A stretch of 62,923 nucleotides of DNA, the filler included. It is 4 parts of 4 records of this genome, joined end to end, with 100 filler letters (N's around TTAATTAATTAA, not from the genome) between each part and the next. Parts side by side here need not be neighbours in the genome. Positions count along the whole stretch, not along the records: positions 29,266 to 56,149 come from SRR20825010_3656; positions 56,250 to 62,923 come from SRR20825010_3676; 2 more parts are not named here. One strand, written 5' to 3'. The position numbers and the translations under genes were made by a program. Position 1 is the stretch's first letter, and the number at the start of each line of letters is the position of its first letter. Below are positions 51,330 to 62,257 of the stretch, piece after piece. Below the pieces are notes generated by a model. That model did not search any database and was not told the DNA's origin. It saw only the letters and a program-made list of their open reading frames with translations.

Positions 51330-52712
51330 GTGATTAGAATCTACAACACCCTTAGTCAGCAAAAGGAAGAGTTCCAGCCGATCGAACCAGGAAAGGTTCG
51401 CATGTATGTCTGCGGCATGACGGTATATGACTACTGTCATTTGGGGCATGCGCGGGTGTTGGTGGCGTTTGATGTGATCACGCGGTACCTGCGTCACAGC
51501 GGCTACGATGTCCAATACGTGCGCAATATCACCGACATCGACGACAAGATCCTGCGCCGGGCTGACGAGAATGGCGAAGTTTATAGCGACCTCACCAAGC
51601 GCATGATCAATGCCATGCACGAGGATGAGGCTAAGCTGGGTGTTTTGTCGCCTACAGAGGAGCCGTGTGCGACCGAATACATTAATGACATTGTGGCCAT
51701 GATCCACAAGCTCGTTTCAGGCGGTCATGCCTATGCTGCCGATAACGGCGACGTCTACTTCTCCGTAGATTCGTACTCCGATTACGGCAAACTCAGCAAG
51801 AAAAAGCTTGAAGACCTTGTGGCTGGCGCACGGGTGGATGTTCAGGAAGCCAAGCGCAGCCCGGCGGATTTCGTGCTTTGGAAAGCCGCCAAAGAGGGTG
51901 AGGTAAGTTGGCCTTCGCCTTGGGGAGATGGCCGTCCAGGCTGGCATATCGAATGTTCCGCCATGTCTAACCGCTGCCTCGGCGAAACCTTCGACATCCA
52001 CGGCGGCGGGCCGGATTTGTTGTTCCCGCACCATGAGAACGAAATTGCCCAGTCCGAGTGTGCCAATGGTCACACATTCGTGAACACCTGGATGCACGCC
52101 GGCGCTATTCGGGTGAACAAGGAGAAAATGTCCAAGTCCCTGGGCAATTTCTTCACCATCCGTGAGATCTTTGAGAAGTATGCGCCGGAGGTGGTGCGTT
52201 ACTTCCTGGTGTCCAGTCATTACCGCAGTCAGGTGGATTACTCGGAAGAAAATCTCGCGGAAGCAGGGCGTACGCTCACCCGGCTCTATCATGCCCTGCG
52301 TGGTCTGGTGCCGGCCAAGAACGTGGCGGAAACGGAACACGACCAGCGTTTTGCCGAGGCCATGAATGACGACTTCAACACCGCAGGAGCCATTGCGGTT
52401 CTTCATGCTGTCGCTAATGAAATCAACCTGGACCGCAGGGAAGGGCGCGACGAAAAGGCTAACCAGCAAGCGGCAGTGCTTGTAAGGCTCGGGGGTATTC
52501 TGGGTTTGTTGCAGCAGGACCCGGAAGCCTACTTCCAGGCCGACACTGGCGGCGAGCTCAGTGCAGACGACATTGAGGCGATGATCCAGGCCCGAGCCGA
52601 TGCGCGGAAGCAGAAAGATTTCGCCGAGGCGGACCGTATAAGGGATGAGTTGGCCGATAAAGGCATTATCCTGGACGACAGTCGCGAAGGCACCAGCTGG
52701 CGCAGGGGATGA
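51330..52712 (+). CDS. cysS: Cysteine--tRNA ligase
   Basis: [29 protein letters not shown]. Confidence 0.98.
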   Translation: MIRIYNTLSQQKEEFQPIEPGKVRMYVCGMTVYDYCHLGHARVLVAFDVITRYLRHSGYDVQYVRNITDIDDKILRRADENGEVYSDLTKRMINAMHEDEAKLGVLSPTEEPCATEYINDIVAMIHKLVSGGHAYAADNGDVYFSVDSYSDYGKLSKKKLEDLVAGARVDVQEAKRSPADFVLWKAAKEGEVSWPSPWGDGRPGWHIECSAMSNRCLGETFDIHGGGPDLLFPHHENEIAQSECANGHTFVNTWMHAGAIRVNKEKMSKSLGNFFTIREIFEKYAPEVVRYFLVSSHYRSQVDYSEENLAEAGRTLTRLYHALRGLVPAKNVAETEHDQRFAEAMNDDFNTAGAIAVLHAVANEINLDRREGRDEKANQQAAVLVRLGGILGLLQQDPEAYFQADTGGELSADDIEAMIQARADARKQKDFAEADRIRDELADKGIILDDSREGTSWRRG

Positions 52713-52855
52713 TGTCAACCAAAGGTCGTGTTGTTGGCGCGGGAATGACCTTGTAGGGAAATTCCCGTACAATACCGCCCTCGAATTATAACGGCCCTGA
52801 CGGGTAAACCCGTAAAAAGGGCAGGGAATACAGTAACCCACTGAGGCAAACAACG

Positions 52856-55036
52856 ATGACAGAACGCGTACAAGTCGGCGACCTTCAGGTCGCAAAGAAC
52901 CTGTTCGATTTCGTTAATAACGAAGCAATTCCGGGCACGGGTGTCGACGCTGACAAATTCTGGGCCGAGTTCGACAAGATTGTTCACGAATTGGCTCCCC
53001 GCAACAAAGAGCTGCTTGCCAAGCGCGACGACATCCAGGAGAAAATGGACACCTGGAATCGTGACCACAAGGGCCAGAAGCTCGACATGGCCGAGTACAA
53101 GTCGTTCCTGAAGGATATCGGCTACCTGGTTGATGAGCCTGGCGACTTCAAAATCTCCACCTCAAATGTGGATCCGGAAGTGGCCACCATGGCGGGTCCC
53201 CAGCTTGTGGTTCCGGTGATGAACGCCCGTTTTGCACTGAACGCTGCCAACGCCCGTTGGGGTAGCCTTTATGACGCGCTGTACGGCACCGATGCGATCT
53301 CCGAGGAAAACGGCGCCGAAAAAGGCCGTGGCTATAACCCGGTTCGTGGTGCCAAGGTCATTGAATTTGCGCGCAACCTTCTGGACAGTTCCGCTCCGCT
53401 GGCTTCTGGCAGCCACAAAGACGCAGCCCGGTATCTGGTTGAGGGTGGCAAGCTGGTGGTCAAGTTGCAGAACGGTGAGTCTACCGGCCTGAAAGACGAG
53501 TCCGGCTTTGTGGGTTACACCGGCGCCGCCGATGCACCCACGGGCGTGCTGTTGGTCAAGAATGGCATGCATTTCGAGATTCAGGTCGATGCCAGCCACC
53601 CGATCGGGAAGGATGACGGGGCGCATGTAAAAGATGTGCTGATGGAGTCGGCTCTGACCACCATCATGGACTGTGAGGATTCTGTCGCTGCCGTGGATGC
53701 GGATGACAAGGCTCTGGCCTACCGCAACTGGTTGGGGCTGATGAAGGGCGATCTGGAAGAAACCTTCGAGAAAGGCGGCCAGCAAACCACCCGCAAGATG
53801 CACGGTGATCGTGCCTACACCAAGCCGGAAGGCGGAGAGCTGGTGCTGAAAGGCCGCAGCCTGATGTTTGTGCGTAACGTGGGTCACCTGATGACCAACC
53901 CGGCCATCCTGCTGAAAGACGGCAGTGAAGTGCCTGAGGGGCTGATGGACGGCCTCATGACCTCACTGATCGCGATTCACGATCTCAAGGGCGCTGGAAA
54001 GCTGCAGAACAGCACCACCGGCTCGGTTTACATTGTTAAGCCGAAGATGCACGGGCCTGAAGAAGTGGCGTTTACCAATGAGTTCTTCGGTCGTGTTGAA
54101 GATGCGCTCGGTCTGCCGGCCTTCACCCTGAAAGTTGGCATCATGGACGAAGAGCGGCGCACCACCGTTAACCTCAAGTCCTGTATCCATGCCGCCAGGG
54201 AGCGTGCCGTATTCATCAATACCGGCTTCCTTGACCGCACTGGTGACGAAATCCACACGTCCATGGAGTTGGGGCCGTTTATCCGCAAGGGGCCGATGAA
54301 GCAGGCTGCCTGGATTCAGGCCTACGAGCAGTGGAACGTGGACGTCGGGCTGGAAACCGGTTTCCGTGGTGTTGCCCAGATCGGTAAAGGTATGTGGGCG
54401 ATGCCGGACCTGATGGCAGGTATGCTGGAAGCCAAGATTGGCCACCCGAAAGCCGGGGCCAATACCGCGTGGGTTCCATCACCAACAGCGGCTACGTTGC
54501 ACGCCACCCATTATCATCAGGTGAGCGTTGCGGATATCCAGCAAGAGCTGGAAAGCCGCACCCGTGCCAACCTGGATGACATCCTGACCGTGCCTGTAAT
54601 GGACGACCCGAAATCCCTGTCGGCGGAAGAAATTCAGCAGGAGCTGGACAACAACGCCCAGGGTATTCTTGGTTACGTGGTGCGCTGGATCGACAGCGGT
54701 GTCGGTTGCTCCAAGGTTCCCGATATCAATGACGTGGGCCTGATGGAAGACCGCGCTACCCTGCGTATCGCTTCGCAGTTGCTGACTAACTGGCTCTACC
54801 ATGGCATCTGCACCGAAGAGCAGATCAATGAAACCATGAAGCGCATGGCAGCGGTGGTTGATCGCCAGAATGCGAACGACCCGTCCTACCGTGACATGGC
54901 GCCGGAGTTTGAGGGCAGCATTGCCTTCCAGGCCGCCATGGATCTGGTTCTCAAGGGCCGTGAACAGCCAAATGGCTATACCGAGCCGCTTCTGCACGCC
55001 TATCGTCTGAAGGCGAAAGAGAAGTACGGTCAGTAA
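52856..55036 (+). CDS. glcB: Malate synthase G
   Basis: [37 protein letters not shown]; 726 aa. Confidence 0.98.
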   Translation: MTERVQVGDLQVAKNLFDFVNNEAIPGTGVDADKFWAEFDKIVHELAPRNKELLAKRDDIQEKMDTWNRDHKGQKLDMAEYKSFLKDIGYLVDEPGDFKISTSNVDPEVATMAGPQLVVPVMNARFALNAANARWGSLYDALYGTDAISEENGAEKGRGYNPVRGAKVIEFARNLLDSSAPLASGSHKDAARYLVEGGKLVVKLQNGESTGLKDESGFVGYTGAADAPTGVLLVKNGMHFEIQVDASHPIGKDDGAHVKDVLMESALTTIMDCEDSVAAVDADDKALAYRNWLGLMKGDLEETFEKGGQQTTRKMHGDRAYTKPEGGELVLKGRSLMFVRNVGHLMTNPAILLKDGSEVPEGLMDGLMTSLIAIHDLKGAGKLQNSTTGSVYIVKPKMHGPEEVAFTNEFFGRVEDALGLPAFTLKVGIMDEERRTTVNLKSCIHAARERAVFINTGFLDRTGDEIHTSMELGPFIRKGPMKQAAWIQAYEQWNVDVGLETGFRGVAQIGKGMWAMPDLMAGMLEAKIGHPKAGANTAWVPSPTAATLHATHYHQVSVADIQQELESRTRANLDDILTVPVMDDPKSLSAEEIQQELDNNAQGILGYVVRWIDSGVGCSKVPDINDVGLMEDRATLRIASQLLTNWLYHGICTEEQINETMKRMAAVVDRQNANDPSYRDMAPEFEGSIAFQAAMDLVLKGREQPNGYTEPLLHAYRLKAKEKYGQ

Positions 55037-55048
55037 TCCGGGCCGGTG

Positions 55049-55082
55049 ATAAAAAAACCCCGCGAATGCGGGGTTTTTTTAT
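55049..55082. terminator. Bidirectional terminator between glcB and folD
   Basis: ATAAAAAAACCCCGC-GAAT-GCGGGGTTTTTTTAT. Confidence 0.92.
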
Positions 55083-55091
55083 GAGGCCAGA

Positions 55092-55949
55092 TTAATCCTT
55101 GTGTAGCTCGTTCGCTGCATAGAGCGTGTTCTGTAGTAGCGTGGCAATGGTCATCGGCCCTACGCCTCCCGGAACCGGGGTGATGTAAGCAGCCCGCTCC
55201 GACGCCGCTGCGAAATCCACATCGCCACGCAGTTTGCCGTCTTCCATCCGGTTGATTCCCACATCAATCACCGTTGCTCCGGGCTTGACCCACTCGCCCT
55301 TGATCAGTCCTGGCTTTCCGACCGCGGCAATCAGAATGTCCGCTTCCCGCACAAATTTCTCGAGATTGTCGGTAAACCGGTGGCATATTGTGACTGTGGC
55401 GCCTTTGAGCAGCAGCTCCATGGTCATCGGGCGGCCGACGATGTTGGATGCGCCGACGATAACCGCATGCTGGCCCTTGTAAGGGGTGTCTACGCTGTCC
55501 AGCAGGGTGATGACGCCTGCGGGCGTGCAGGGTCTCAGGGCCGGTTTGCGCTGCATCAGGCGGCCGATGTTGTAGGGGTGGAAGCCGTCCACATCCTTGT
55601 CAGGGCGGATCTTTACCAGAATGGGGTCTGGGTCCATATGGTCGGGCAGGGGAAGCTGCACCAGGATGCCGTCTACGTCAGGGTTCTCGTTGAGCTCGTC
55701 AACCAGTGCCTCCAGGGCCTCCTGTGACGTATCTTCCGGAAGGTCGTAGGAGAGCGACATGATGCCCGCCTCGTCACAGGCCCTGCGTTTGTTGCCTACG
55801 TATACGTGCGAGGCCGGGTCATTGCCCACCAGCACCACAGCCAGCCCCGGCGCACGAAGCCCCTGCTGTTTACGGGCCTCGGTTCCTGCCGCAACCTGTT
55901 GTCGCACAGAGGCGGCGATATCTTTTCCGTTGATCAGTTTGGCGCTCAT
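55092..55949 (-). CDS. folD: Methylenetetrahydrofolate dehydrogenase/cyclohydrolase
   Basis: [24 protein letters not shown]. Confidence 0.98.
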   Translation of the reverse strand: MSAKLINGKDIAASVRQQVAAGTEARKQQGLRAPGLAVVLVGNDPASHVYVGNKRRACDEAGIMSLSYDLPEDTSQEALEALVDELNENPDVDGILVQLPLPDHMDPDPILVKIRPDKDVDGFHPYNIGRLMQRKPALRPCTPAGVITLLDSVDTPYKGQHAVIVGASNIVGRPMTMELLLKGATVTICHRFTDNLEKFVREADILIAAVGKPGLIKGEWVKPGATVIDVGINRMEDGKLRGDVDFAAASERAAYITPVPGGVGPMTIATLLQNTLYAANELHKD

Positions 55950-56044
55950 GTCTTTGTCTTGTCGGTTGTGCGAAAATAAAGGCGCAGCATTGTCTCATGC
56001 TTGGGCTCCGTCGCCAATCGATGGGCGAAAACCCCAAATGCGTG

Positions 56045-56080
56045 TTGACGGACCGGTTCGGCGCCGGTAATATGCGCGCC
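56045..56080 (+). promoter_or_regulatory. Stable-RNA-type sigma70 promoter
   Basis: TTGACG-N17-TAATAT followed by the GC-rich discriminator GCGCGCC, upstream of the tRNA. Confidence 0.75.
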
Positions 56081-56113
56081 AACTTTGCTGAGGTATCTGT
56101 TGTTCAGTTTAGA

Positions 56114-56149
56114 CGGGGTATAGCGCAGTCTGGTAGCGCGCCTGCTTTG
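56114..56149 (+). tRNA. tRNA-Pro, 5' half (probably TGG anticodon), cut by contig end
   Basis: CGGGGTATAGCGCAGTCTGGTAGCGCGCCTGCTTTG is a tRNA-Pro acceptor stem, D arm and start of the anticodon loop; divergent from folD. Confidence 0.88.
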
Positions 56150-56249
56150 NNNNNNNNNNNNNNNNNNNNNNNNNNNNNNNNNNNNNNNNNNNNTTAATTA
56201 ATTAANNNNNNNNNNNNNNNNNNNNNNNNNNNNNNNNNNNNNNNNNNNN
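56150..56249. other. Artificial contig spacer
   Basis: Same N/TTAATTAATTAA/N linker. Confidence 0.99.
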
Positions 56250-56766
56250 GATCCTGCTGATCGACGAAATCGACAAGGCGGATATCGAGTTTCCAAATGA
56301 CTTGCTGCAGGAACTCGATCGGATGGAGTTTTTCGTCTACGAGACCCAGCAAACGATTAAGGCGGCGCATCGGCCGCTGGTGATCATCACCTCGAATAAT
56401 GAAAAAGAACTGCCGGACGCTTTCCTGCGCCGCTGTTTCTTTCATTACATCAGCTTTCCCGATCAAGAAACGATGGAAAGAATCGTTGATGTTCATCATC
56501 CCGATGCCAAGCAGGAATTGGTGCGCGACGCCCTCAAAATCTTTTTCGATGTTCGCGAAACGCCGGGCCTCAAAAAGAAGCCGTCCACCAGTGAGTTGCT
56601 CGATTGGTTGAAACTGCTGATGAGCGAGGAACTGCCCGAAGAAGTGCTGCGCTCGAAAGATCCATCGAAGCTCATTCCGCCGCTTCACGGCGCGCTCCTT
56701 AAGAATGAGCAGGATGTACATCTGTTTGAACGGCTGGCTTTCCTCTCCCGCCGCGAACAGCGTTAG
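56250..56766 (+). CDS. MoxR-family AAA+ ATPase, C-terminal fragment
   Basis: ILLIDEIDKADIEFPNDLL (Walker B), ITSNNEKELPDAFLRRC. Confidence 0.92.
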
Positions 56767-56778
56767 GGCGGAACGGCC

Positions 56779-57957
56779 ATGTTCACCAAATTCTTCTTTA
56801 CCCTGAAAGAGGCCTCGATCCCCGTGACTTTACGGGAATACCTCACCCTGATCGAAGCGCTTAAAGCCGGCTGCGCCGAATATTCGGTGAATGATTTTTA
56901 CTATCTCGCCCGGACAACGCTGGTGAAGGATGAGAAGAATCTGGACAAGTTCGATCAGGTCTTCGGTCATTGCTTCAACGGTATCGAGTTTATTTCCGAT
57001 GGGACGGAGGTTGAAATTCCCGAAGAATGGCTGAAGAAACTGGCGGAGCTTTCCCTCACTGATGAGGAAAAGGCGGAAGTCGAGGCCATGGGCGGATGGG
57101 AAAAGCTCATGGAGACACTGCAGGAGCGCCTGAAAGAGCAGGAAAAACGGCATCAGGGCGGCAACAAATGGATCGGTACCGCCGGAAAATCCCCATTCGG
57201 CGCCTATGGCTATAACCCGGAAGGCGTTCGCATCGGCCAGAAGGAAAGCCGCAACCGCAAGGCCGTGAAGGTCTGGGACAAGCGCGAGTACAAGAACCTC
57301 GATGATAGCGTGGAACTCGGCACCCGGAACATCAAGGTGGCGATGAAGCGGTTGCGCCAGTTCGCCCGCGAAGGCGCGGCGGAGGAACTCGATCTCGACG
57401 ACACCATCCGCTCAACCGCGCGCAACGCGGGCTTTCTCGATCTAAAGATGCGGCCCGAGCGTCATAACACGGTGAAGGTCCTGATCCTGTTCGACATCGG
57501 CGGATCGATGGATGACCATATCAAGGCCTGTGAGGAGCTGTTCTCAGCGGCGCGCACTGAATTCAAGCATCTGGAATTCTATTATTTCCATAACTGCGTT
57601 TATGAAAAACTCTGGAAGGAAAACAGCCGCCGTCATACCTCCTTCATGCCGACATGGGATGTTCTGCACACCTACCCCGCCGACTACAAGCTGATCATTG
57701 TCGGGGACGCCACCATGAGTCCCTACGAAATTGCCTATGCAGGCGGCAGTGTCGAGCATTGGAATGAGGAAGCCGGGCAAGCCTGGATGGAGCGGATGCT
57801 GAACATCTACCATAAGGCGGTCTGGCTCAATCCGGTGCCAGAGAAATATTGGGACTACACGCCGTCGGTTCAGATGATGAAACAGCTGATGACAGACCGC
57901 ATGTATCCGCTCACCATCGGCGGCCTTGAAAACGCGATGAAGGAACTAAGCCGGTAA
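56779..57957 (+). CDS. VWA-domain (CoxE-like) partner of MoxR
   Basis: MIDAS-like DIGGSM, VGDATMSPYE, WLNP; directly after MoxR. Confidence 0.9.
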   Translation: MFTKFFFTLKEASIPVTLREYLTLIEALKAGCAEYSVNDFYYLARTTLVKDEKNLDKFDQVFGHCFNGIEFISDGTEVEIPEEWLKKLAELSLTDEEKAEVEAMGGWEKLMETLQERLKEQEKRHQGGNKWIGTAGKSPFGAYGYNPEGVRIGQKESRNRKAVKVWDKREYKNLDDSVELGTRNIKVAMKRLRQFAREGAAEELDLDDTIRSTARNAGFLDLKMRPERHNTVKVLILFDIGGSMDDHIKACEELFSAARTEFKHLEFYYFHNCVYEKLWKENSRRHTSFMPTWDVLHTYPADYKLIIVGDATMSPYEIAYAGGSVEHWNEEAGQAWMERMLNIYHKAVWLNPVPEKYWDYTPSVQMMKQLMTDRMYPLTIGGLENAMKELSR

Positions 57958-57987
57958 TTTTTATTCAACCGGCTAACTAAGGCGCAT

Positions 57988-58773
57988 CTAGTAGCGCGCC
58001 GGACGGGCAAACACCATCCATTTTCCACCGAACGCGTTGGAGAGCTTGTCAAATTCCGGACTCGCCTCCAACAGCGTATGATGCATCGGGTTATTGTAGA
58101 GGAAGTATATCGGCTCCCGCACATCCGCAAGATCAGCTGAAATACGATCAAGTACCCCCTGCAACACTTCTGGACCGAAGGCGTTAAAAACATAAATAAC
58201 GTGGGGAACCGGGGGCAAAGTGTAGCTGGCTGCATCGCCATGAATCGAGATGAGAGCATCTGCACGAACCTTATCCCGCTGTTTCATTTCCTCGATATTC
58301 TGTAGGGCGACCTGGTGCAGGTCGCCACTCAGTTCAACGCCCGTCACGGACTGGAAAGGGTAGCGCGCGGCCGCTGCCAAAATGGCCCCCTTGCCTGAGC
58401 CGTAATCGACAAAATTATATGCGGAGCAATCGATATGAAGCTTTTCGAGGACATCTCGAAATTCATAGTCCGATGCCGCCTCGTAGCGACTGGCAGAAGA
58501 TCGCATTTCTTCGGGTATATCCAAGTCATCCAGTTCGACAATACCGTCCGTGTCGAGACCGTTTTCACGTATATTCTGCTGATAAAAGCGATAGTCCTGC
58601 AAATAAGGGAGATTGGCTTTCGCGCAGGCAATCGCCAGGAGACCCAGAATTGTTCGGCCGAATCCACGATATTTTAAATTAACGAAGAGGGTTCTTAAGC
58701 TTCGCCGGAACTGATTATGTTCAACTTCAAGCCCGGGATAGCGGGCAGTCTTGGTAAATACGAAACGCAACAA
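57988..58773 (-). CDS. Class I SAM-dependent methyltransferase
   Basis: FVDYGSGKG, GVE, GDA, YVFNAF motifs. Confidence 0.85.
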   Translation of the reverse strand: MLRFVFTKTARYPGLEVEHNQFRRSLRTLFVNLKYRGFGRTILGLLAIACAKANLPYLQDYRFYQQNIRENGLDTDGIVELDDLDIPEEMRSSASRYEAASDYEFRDVLEKLHIDCSAYNFVDYGSGKGAILAAAARYPFQSVTGVELSGDLHQVALQNIEEMKQRDKVRADALISIHGDAASYTLPPVPHVIYVFNAFGPEVLQGVLDRISADLADVREPIYFLYNNPMHHTLLEASPEFDKLSNAFGGKWMVFARPARY

Positions 58774-58868
58774 TGGAATTTCCTACGCGAAAATGAACGG
58801 ATTACAGAACTTTCTGGCCGCAAATAAGGCAATTTCGAAGATTATTTAGGAAATGTCTTAATTTTCTT

Positions 58869-59423
58869 TTAGTCTTCCTCTTCCTCGACGAACTTAACGG
58901 CGTTAATCAGCGGTTGAAGACGGGACGCAACGAGCTTCTGCATTGCCAGCGATACAATGAGGTAATAAACCGCAGCATGCAGGACAAGGCCGGTATCGCT
59001 GCGTGATGCGAGATAGATCATCGCCCCAACAACGAAGAGACTTAAAAACCAGAGACGGCCAAGCTGGCGGAGCAATCCCGCCTTGCGGAGGAATTTGGCG
59101 TCCGTCAGCTCATATTTGTACCAAAGCTCGAACGCCGTCGAAAGGAGGACGACCGGCAACAGAATAGCAAGGACCGCAATCAGCAACGCAATCCCTCCCT
59201 GCCCGCCTTTAAGCAATGCTGCCATTCCGCTCAGTAAGGAAAAACTGCCGTTCAGACCAGCAAACCCTTGGCTTGTTATCATCGGCTGCGTGATCGCAAG
59301 CCCGAGCAACGCCGCCGAGACAAGCAGGATAGCTCCGAGATAGCGATCGCCGCTTTTTGCATATTTTGCAATCGTCTGCCGGTCCGGCCGCCCAATCAGT
59401 ATCCGCTCAACCGCCCAATGCAT
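58869..59423 (-). CDS. Membrane protein, PqiA-like
   Basis: Four hydrophobic segments, P..T..FSLLSGM..L and LGRLW pattern loosely like paraquat-inducible protein A. Confidence 0.5.
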   Translation of the reverse strand: MHWAVERILIGRPDRQTIAKYAKSGDRYLGAILLVSAALLGLAITQPMITSQGFAGLNGSFSLLSGMAALLKGGQGGIALLIAVLAILLPVVLLSTAFELWYKYELTDAKFLRKAGLLRQLGRLWFLSLFVVGAMIYLASRSDTGLVLHAAVYYLIVSLAMQKLVASRLQPLINAVKFVEEEED

Positions 59424-59525
59424 GACACGCCCCCTCCTCTTCAGAAATTTGTGACTTGCTTATACCTATTTGGATTGAAAGCGAGAAATCAAAAGGAAAC
59501 TGGGACACATGTTATCCGGTCGTTG

Positions 59526-59957
59526 CTAGCTGACAGAGATCAGGATGGCACCGCTCGCGATCAGGCCTACGCCAAGCCACGCGGGCGCTGAGAGATTTTC
59601 GCCAAGAAACAAGGCTGCGATTATCGCAACGAAAACGACACTCAGCTTATCGATCGGCGCAACCTGAGATGCCTTGCCGATTTGAAGGGCCCGAAAGTAG
59701 CAAAGCCAGGACGCACCCGTTGCAAGACCGGAAAGAATTAAAAATATCAATGACTTATTTGGTACTTTATCAAGCGGTTGAAACTCACCCGTATAAAGAA
59801 GCAACAGGGCCAGCGCCACGACGATAACAACCGTCCGCACGAAAGTCGCAAAATTTGAGTTGATGTCACTCACCCCGACCTTCGCCAATATGGCCGTCAA
59901 TGCGGCGAAAACGGCCGCCAGTAAGGCCCAGAACTGCCAGTATCCGGTATAGTTCAT
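59526..59957 (-). CDS. EamA/DMT-family small transporter
   Basis: FAALTAILAKVG, SGLATGASWLCYFRAL, VAPIDKLSV. Confidence 0.9.
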   Translation of the reverse strand: MNYTGYWQFWALLAAVFAALTAILAKVGVSDINSNFATFVRTVVIVVALALLLLYTGEFQPLDKVPNKSLIFLILSGLATGASWLCYFRALQIGKASQVAPIDKLSVVFVAIIAALFLGENLSAPAWLGVGLIASGAILISVS

Positions 59958-60024
59958 ATCTTCTTATACACCTCCGGGCTTGTTATCAGCGCAGCCTAAC
60001 GACTTATGCGACCAAAAGGCAGGA

Positions 60025-60549
60025 TCAGCTGATTTTTTTAAGCAATGCCAGAAACAATTCCTGTTCCTCCGCAGAGAGCGGTTCAAGCGTATCATCTGTA
60101 ATATCAAAACCATAGGGGATGATATCCTCGGTCAGCCTTACCCCGGCCTCTGTCAGACGCAGGAGCATCCGGCGGCGGTCAGTTTCATCCGGTCGTATCT
60201 GGACAAGGCCGCGGTCGATCAGGCGCCGGGTCACTCCCTGAATAGTCGCCGGGTCCATCGCGGTCAGGCGACCCAGGTGATTTTGCGATAGCTCCCCCTC
60301 GTCCCTCAGCTTCGTAAGCGCGGCGAACTGCGTCGGGGTGATCTGCACATGCCCCATATAAGACTGGAATATGGCGCTGGCACGCTGATGTGCCCGACGC
60401 AGCAAATGCCCAATATGTTCTTCAACGTGATAGTCATCTATGGAGGGGCCAACCTCTACCTGAGGCTGTAACGATTTCATATGCGTCATAACGGCCAACA
60501 TTTCCATATCAGTAAAATCAGGATCAAGCTGCCTCCGTTCGAAAGGCAA
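60025..60549 (-). CDS. MarR-family regulator (true start probably further downstream)
   Basis: GHLLRRAHQR, ITPTQFAAL, LSQNHLGR, DRRRMLLRLTEAG. Confidence 0.9.
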   Translation of the reverse strand: MPFERRQLDPDFTDMEMLAVMTHMKSLQPQVEVGPSIDDYHVEEHIGHLLRRAHQRASAIFQSYMGHVQITPTQFAALTKLRDEGELSQNHLGRLTAMDPATIQGVTRRLIDRGLVQIRPDETDRRRMLLRLTEAGVRLTEDIIPYGFDITDDTLEPLSAEEQELFLALLKKIS

Positions 60550-61104
60550 TTACTTCACGACTGTATCAGCTTCCTGACCTTTTTCAATGATGCTCATCCC
60601 GCCGCCGGACAACTGGATTTTGGTGATTGAGCAATGATCAGGGCGAATGACAACGACATCATCACTTCCTTCAATGGCACTAATGATCGCATTGATAACG
60701 ACAAAATGGGTCACGAATACCGCATCTTTCGTCTGCTTGCGGGTAAAATCGAGAATCGTCGATCGCCATCCCTGCAAATGCTCCGACTGTTGTGACCATT
60801 TTCCCTCAAGCACCTTGGTCAGCCAAGCACGCCGATTCCCGAGATCCAACCCCGCCGAGGGCACCTCCGACAGCTCAGGGGTGATAATCGCCCCCTCCTG
60901 CCATAAATTGGCCAGCGGCAATGCCGTCTCCTGGGTGCGGTTAAGAGGGCTGCTGTACAGGCTTGCAGGCGCAATCTTCCCATGCAACCGCGTGGCCATC
61001 TCCCGAGCCTGAAGAACTCCCTTTTCACTTAGACCCGGATCAAGAGCCTGATCCCAGGAACCCGCGGCCTCACCATGACGAACAAGATATACCGTTGTAC
61101 TCAC
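60550..61104 (-). CDS. Histidine phosphatase (phosphoglycerate mutase) family protein
   Basis: LVRHGE, SSPLNRTQETA, VTH. Confidence 0.9.
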   Translation of the reverse strand: MSTTVYLVRHGEAAGSWDQALDPGLSEKGVLQAREMATRLHGKIAPASLYSSPLNRTQETALPLANLWQEGAIITPELSEVPSAGLDLGNRRAWLTKVLEGKWSQQSEHLQGWRSTILDFTRKQTKDAVFVTHFVVINAIISAIEGSDDVVVIRPDHCSITKIQLSGGGMSIIEKGQEADTVVK

Positions 61105-61377
61105 ATCTACTCCTTTTCATACCAATTCGGCATCAACCTATAATATCGTTAGGCAAGAATGCAAAGAACTACATCATAAACGAGAAATACGAAGGCGAGA
61201 TGTCAGGCACCGGTAAATCCTGCAAAATGAAATACCCTATAATAGTGTATTAGTTATAATTATTTCAATTGACAAGTGTTTATACATAACTTAAGCGTTA
61301 ATTATAATTATTAAATACTCCAATGAGAGGCGCAAAATGTGGAATACCACAACGTGATATAGACCGGAACCACAACG

Positions 61378-62247
61378 ATGAACCATGCACAGCTAAAGGC
61401 ATTCCATGCCGTGGCCGAAACTGGCGGGTTTTCATCCGCAGCAAAGATGCTGGGCCTCACACAGCCGGCAATCACGCTACAGGTTCAGGCGCTGGAGCAG
61501 AGCTATAATACAAAGCTGTTCCGGCGCCACGGACGGAAGACGGAGATCACATCCTCGGGCAAAATGCTCTTGAAGCTATCCAAACGGATCTTTAGCCTGG
61601 AAGAAGAGGCCCACTTGCTCCTCGCTTCTCTCGACTCACTGAAGGCGGGGCAACTGAATGTCGTCGCGACCTCATCCCTTCGCGCACTGCAGTTGCTGTC
61701 TACTTTTCAAGCAAAATATCCAAATATTCAGCTTTCGTTTTTGACTATTCCGGCCCAGCAGATCGAGAAGGAAATCCTCAATTTCCGTGCGGATATTGCC
61801 ATACAACATGCACCTCCCAAAGATAACAGGCTGTTCGGACAGAAAATTGAGGAGTCTCCCCTGAAACTGGCTGTCTCAAAAGATCATCCTTGGTCACAGA
61901 AGAAAACAGTGACCCTGAAGGAACTGAAAGACCAGATAATCATTATGCCGTCCGATCTGGAGGCTGACAGTAAAGCCCGGGGGCACTGGTCAAGATACAT
62001 CAATGCTAGCACTCAACAGATCTTCACCCTACAAAGCAAGGAGATCGGACGGGAAGCGGTCGCGAATGACTTTGGCATTGCGTTTTTCACTGAAACAGAT
62101 ATCCGCTGGGATGAGCGTATTCATGGGATTGAAATAGAAGATACGTGCCTGAAAGAAGCGACTTACATAACTTGCCTTGAAGAAGAACGCCAATCCCGTT
62201 TGATTGCCTCTTTCTTCGATTCGACCATCGGTATCGGCAATCAATAA
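61378..62247 (+). CDS. LysR-family regulator
   Basis: QLKAFHAVAETGGFSSAAKMLGLTQPAITLQV HTH. Confidence 0.92.
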   Translation: MNHAQLKAFHAVAETGGFSSAAKMLGLTQPAITLQVQALEQSYNTKLFRRHGRKTEITSSGKMLLKLSKRIFSLEEEAHLLLASLDSLKAGQLNVVATSSLRALQLLSTFQAKYPNIQLSFLTIPAQQIEKEILNFRADIAIQHAPPKDNRLFGQKIEESPLKLAVSKDHPWSQKKTVTLKELKDQIIIMPSDLEADSKARGHWSRYINASTQQIFTLQSKEIGREAVANDFGIAFFTETDIRWDERIHGIEIEDTCLKEATYITCLEEERQSRLIASFFDSTIGIGNQ

Positions 62248-62257
62248 TCCCCGGCAT

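Noticed and set aside
52794-52822. Hairpin GCCC..ACGGG-TAAA-CCCGT..GGGC upstream of glcB as a riboswitch or sRNA
   Set aside because: Short, with no recognisable aptamer motif; not supportable from sequence alone.
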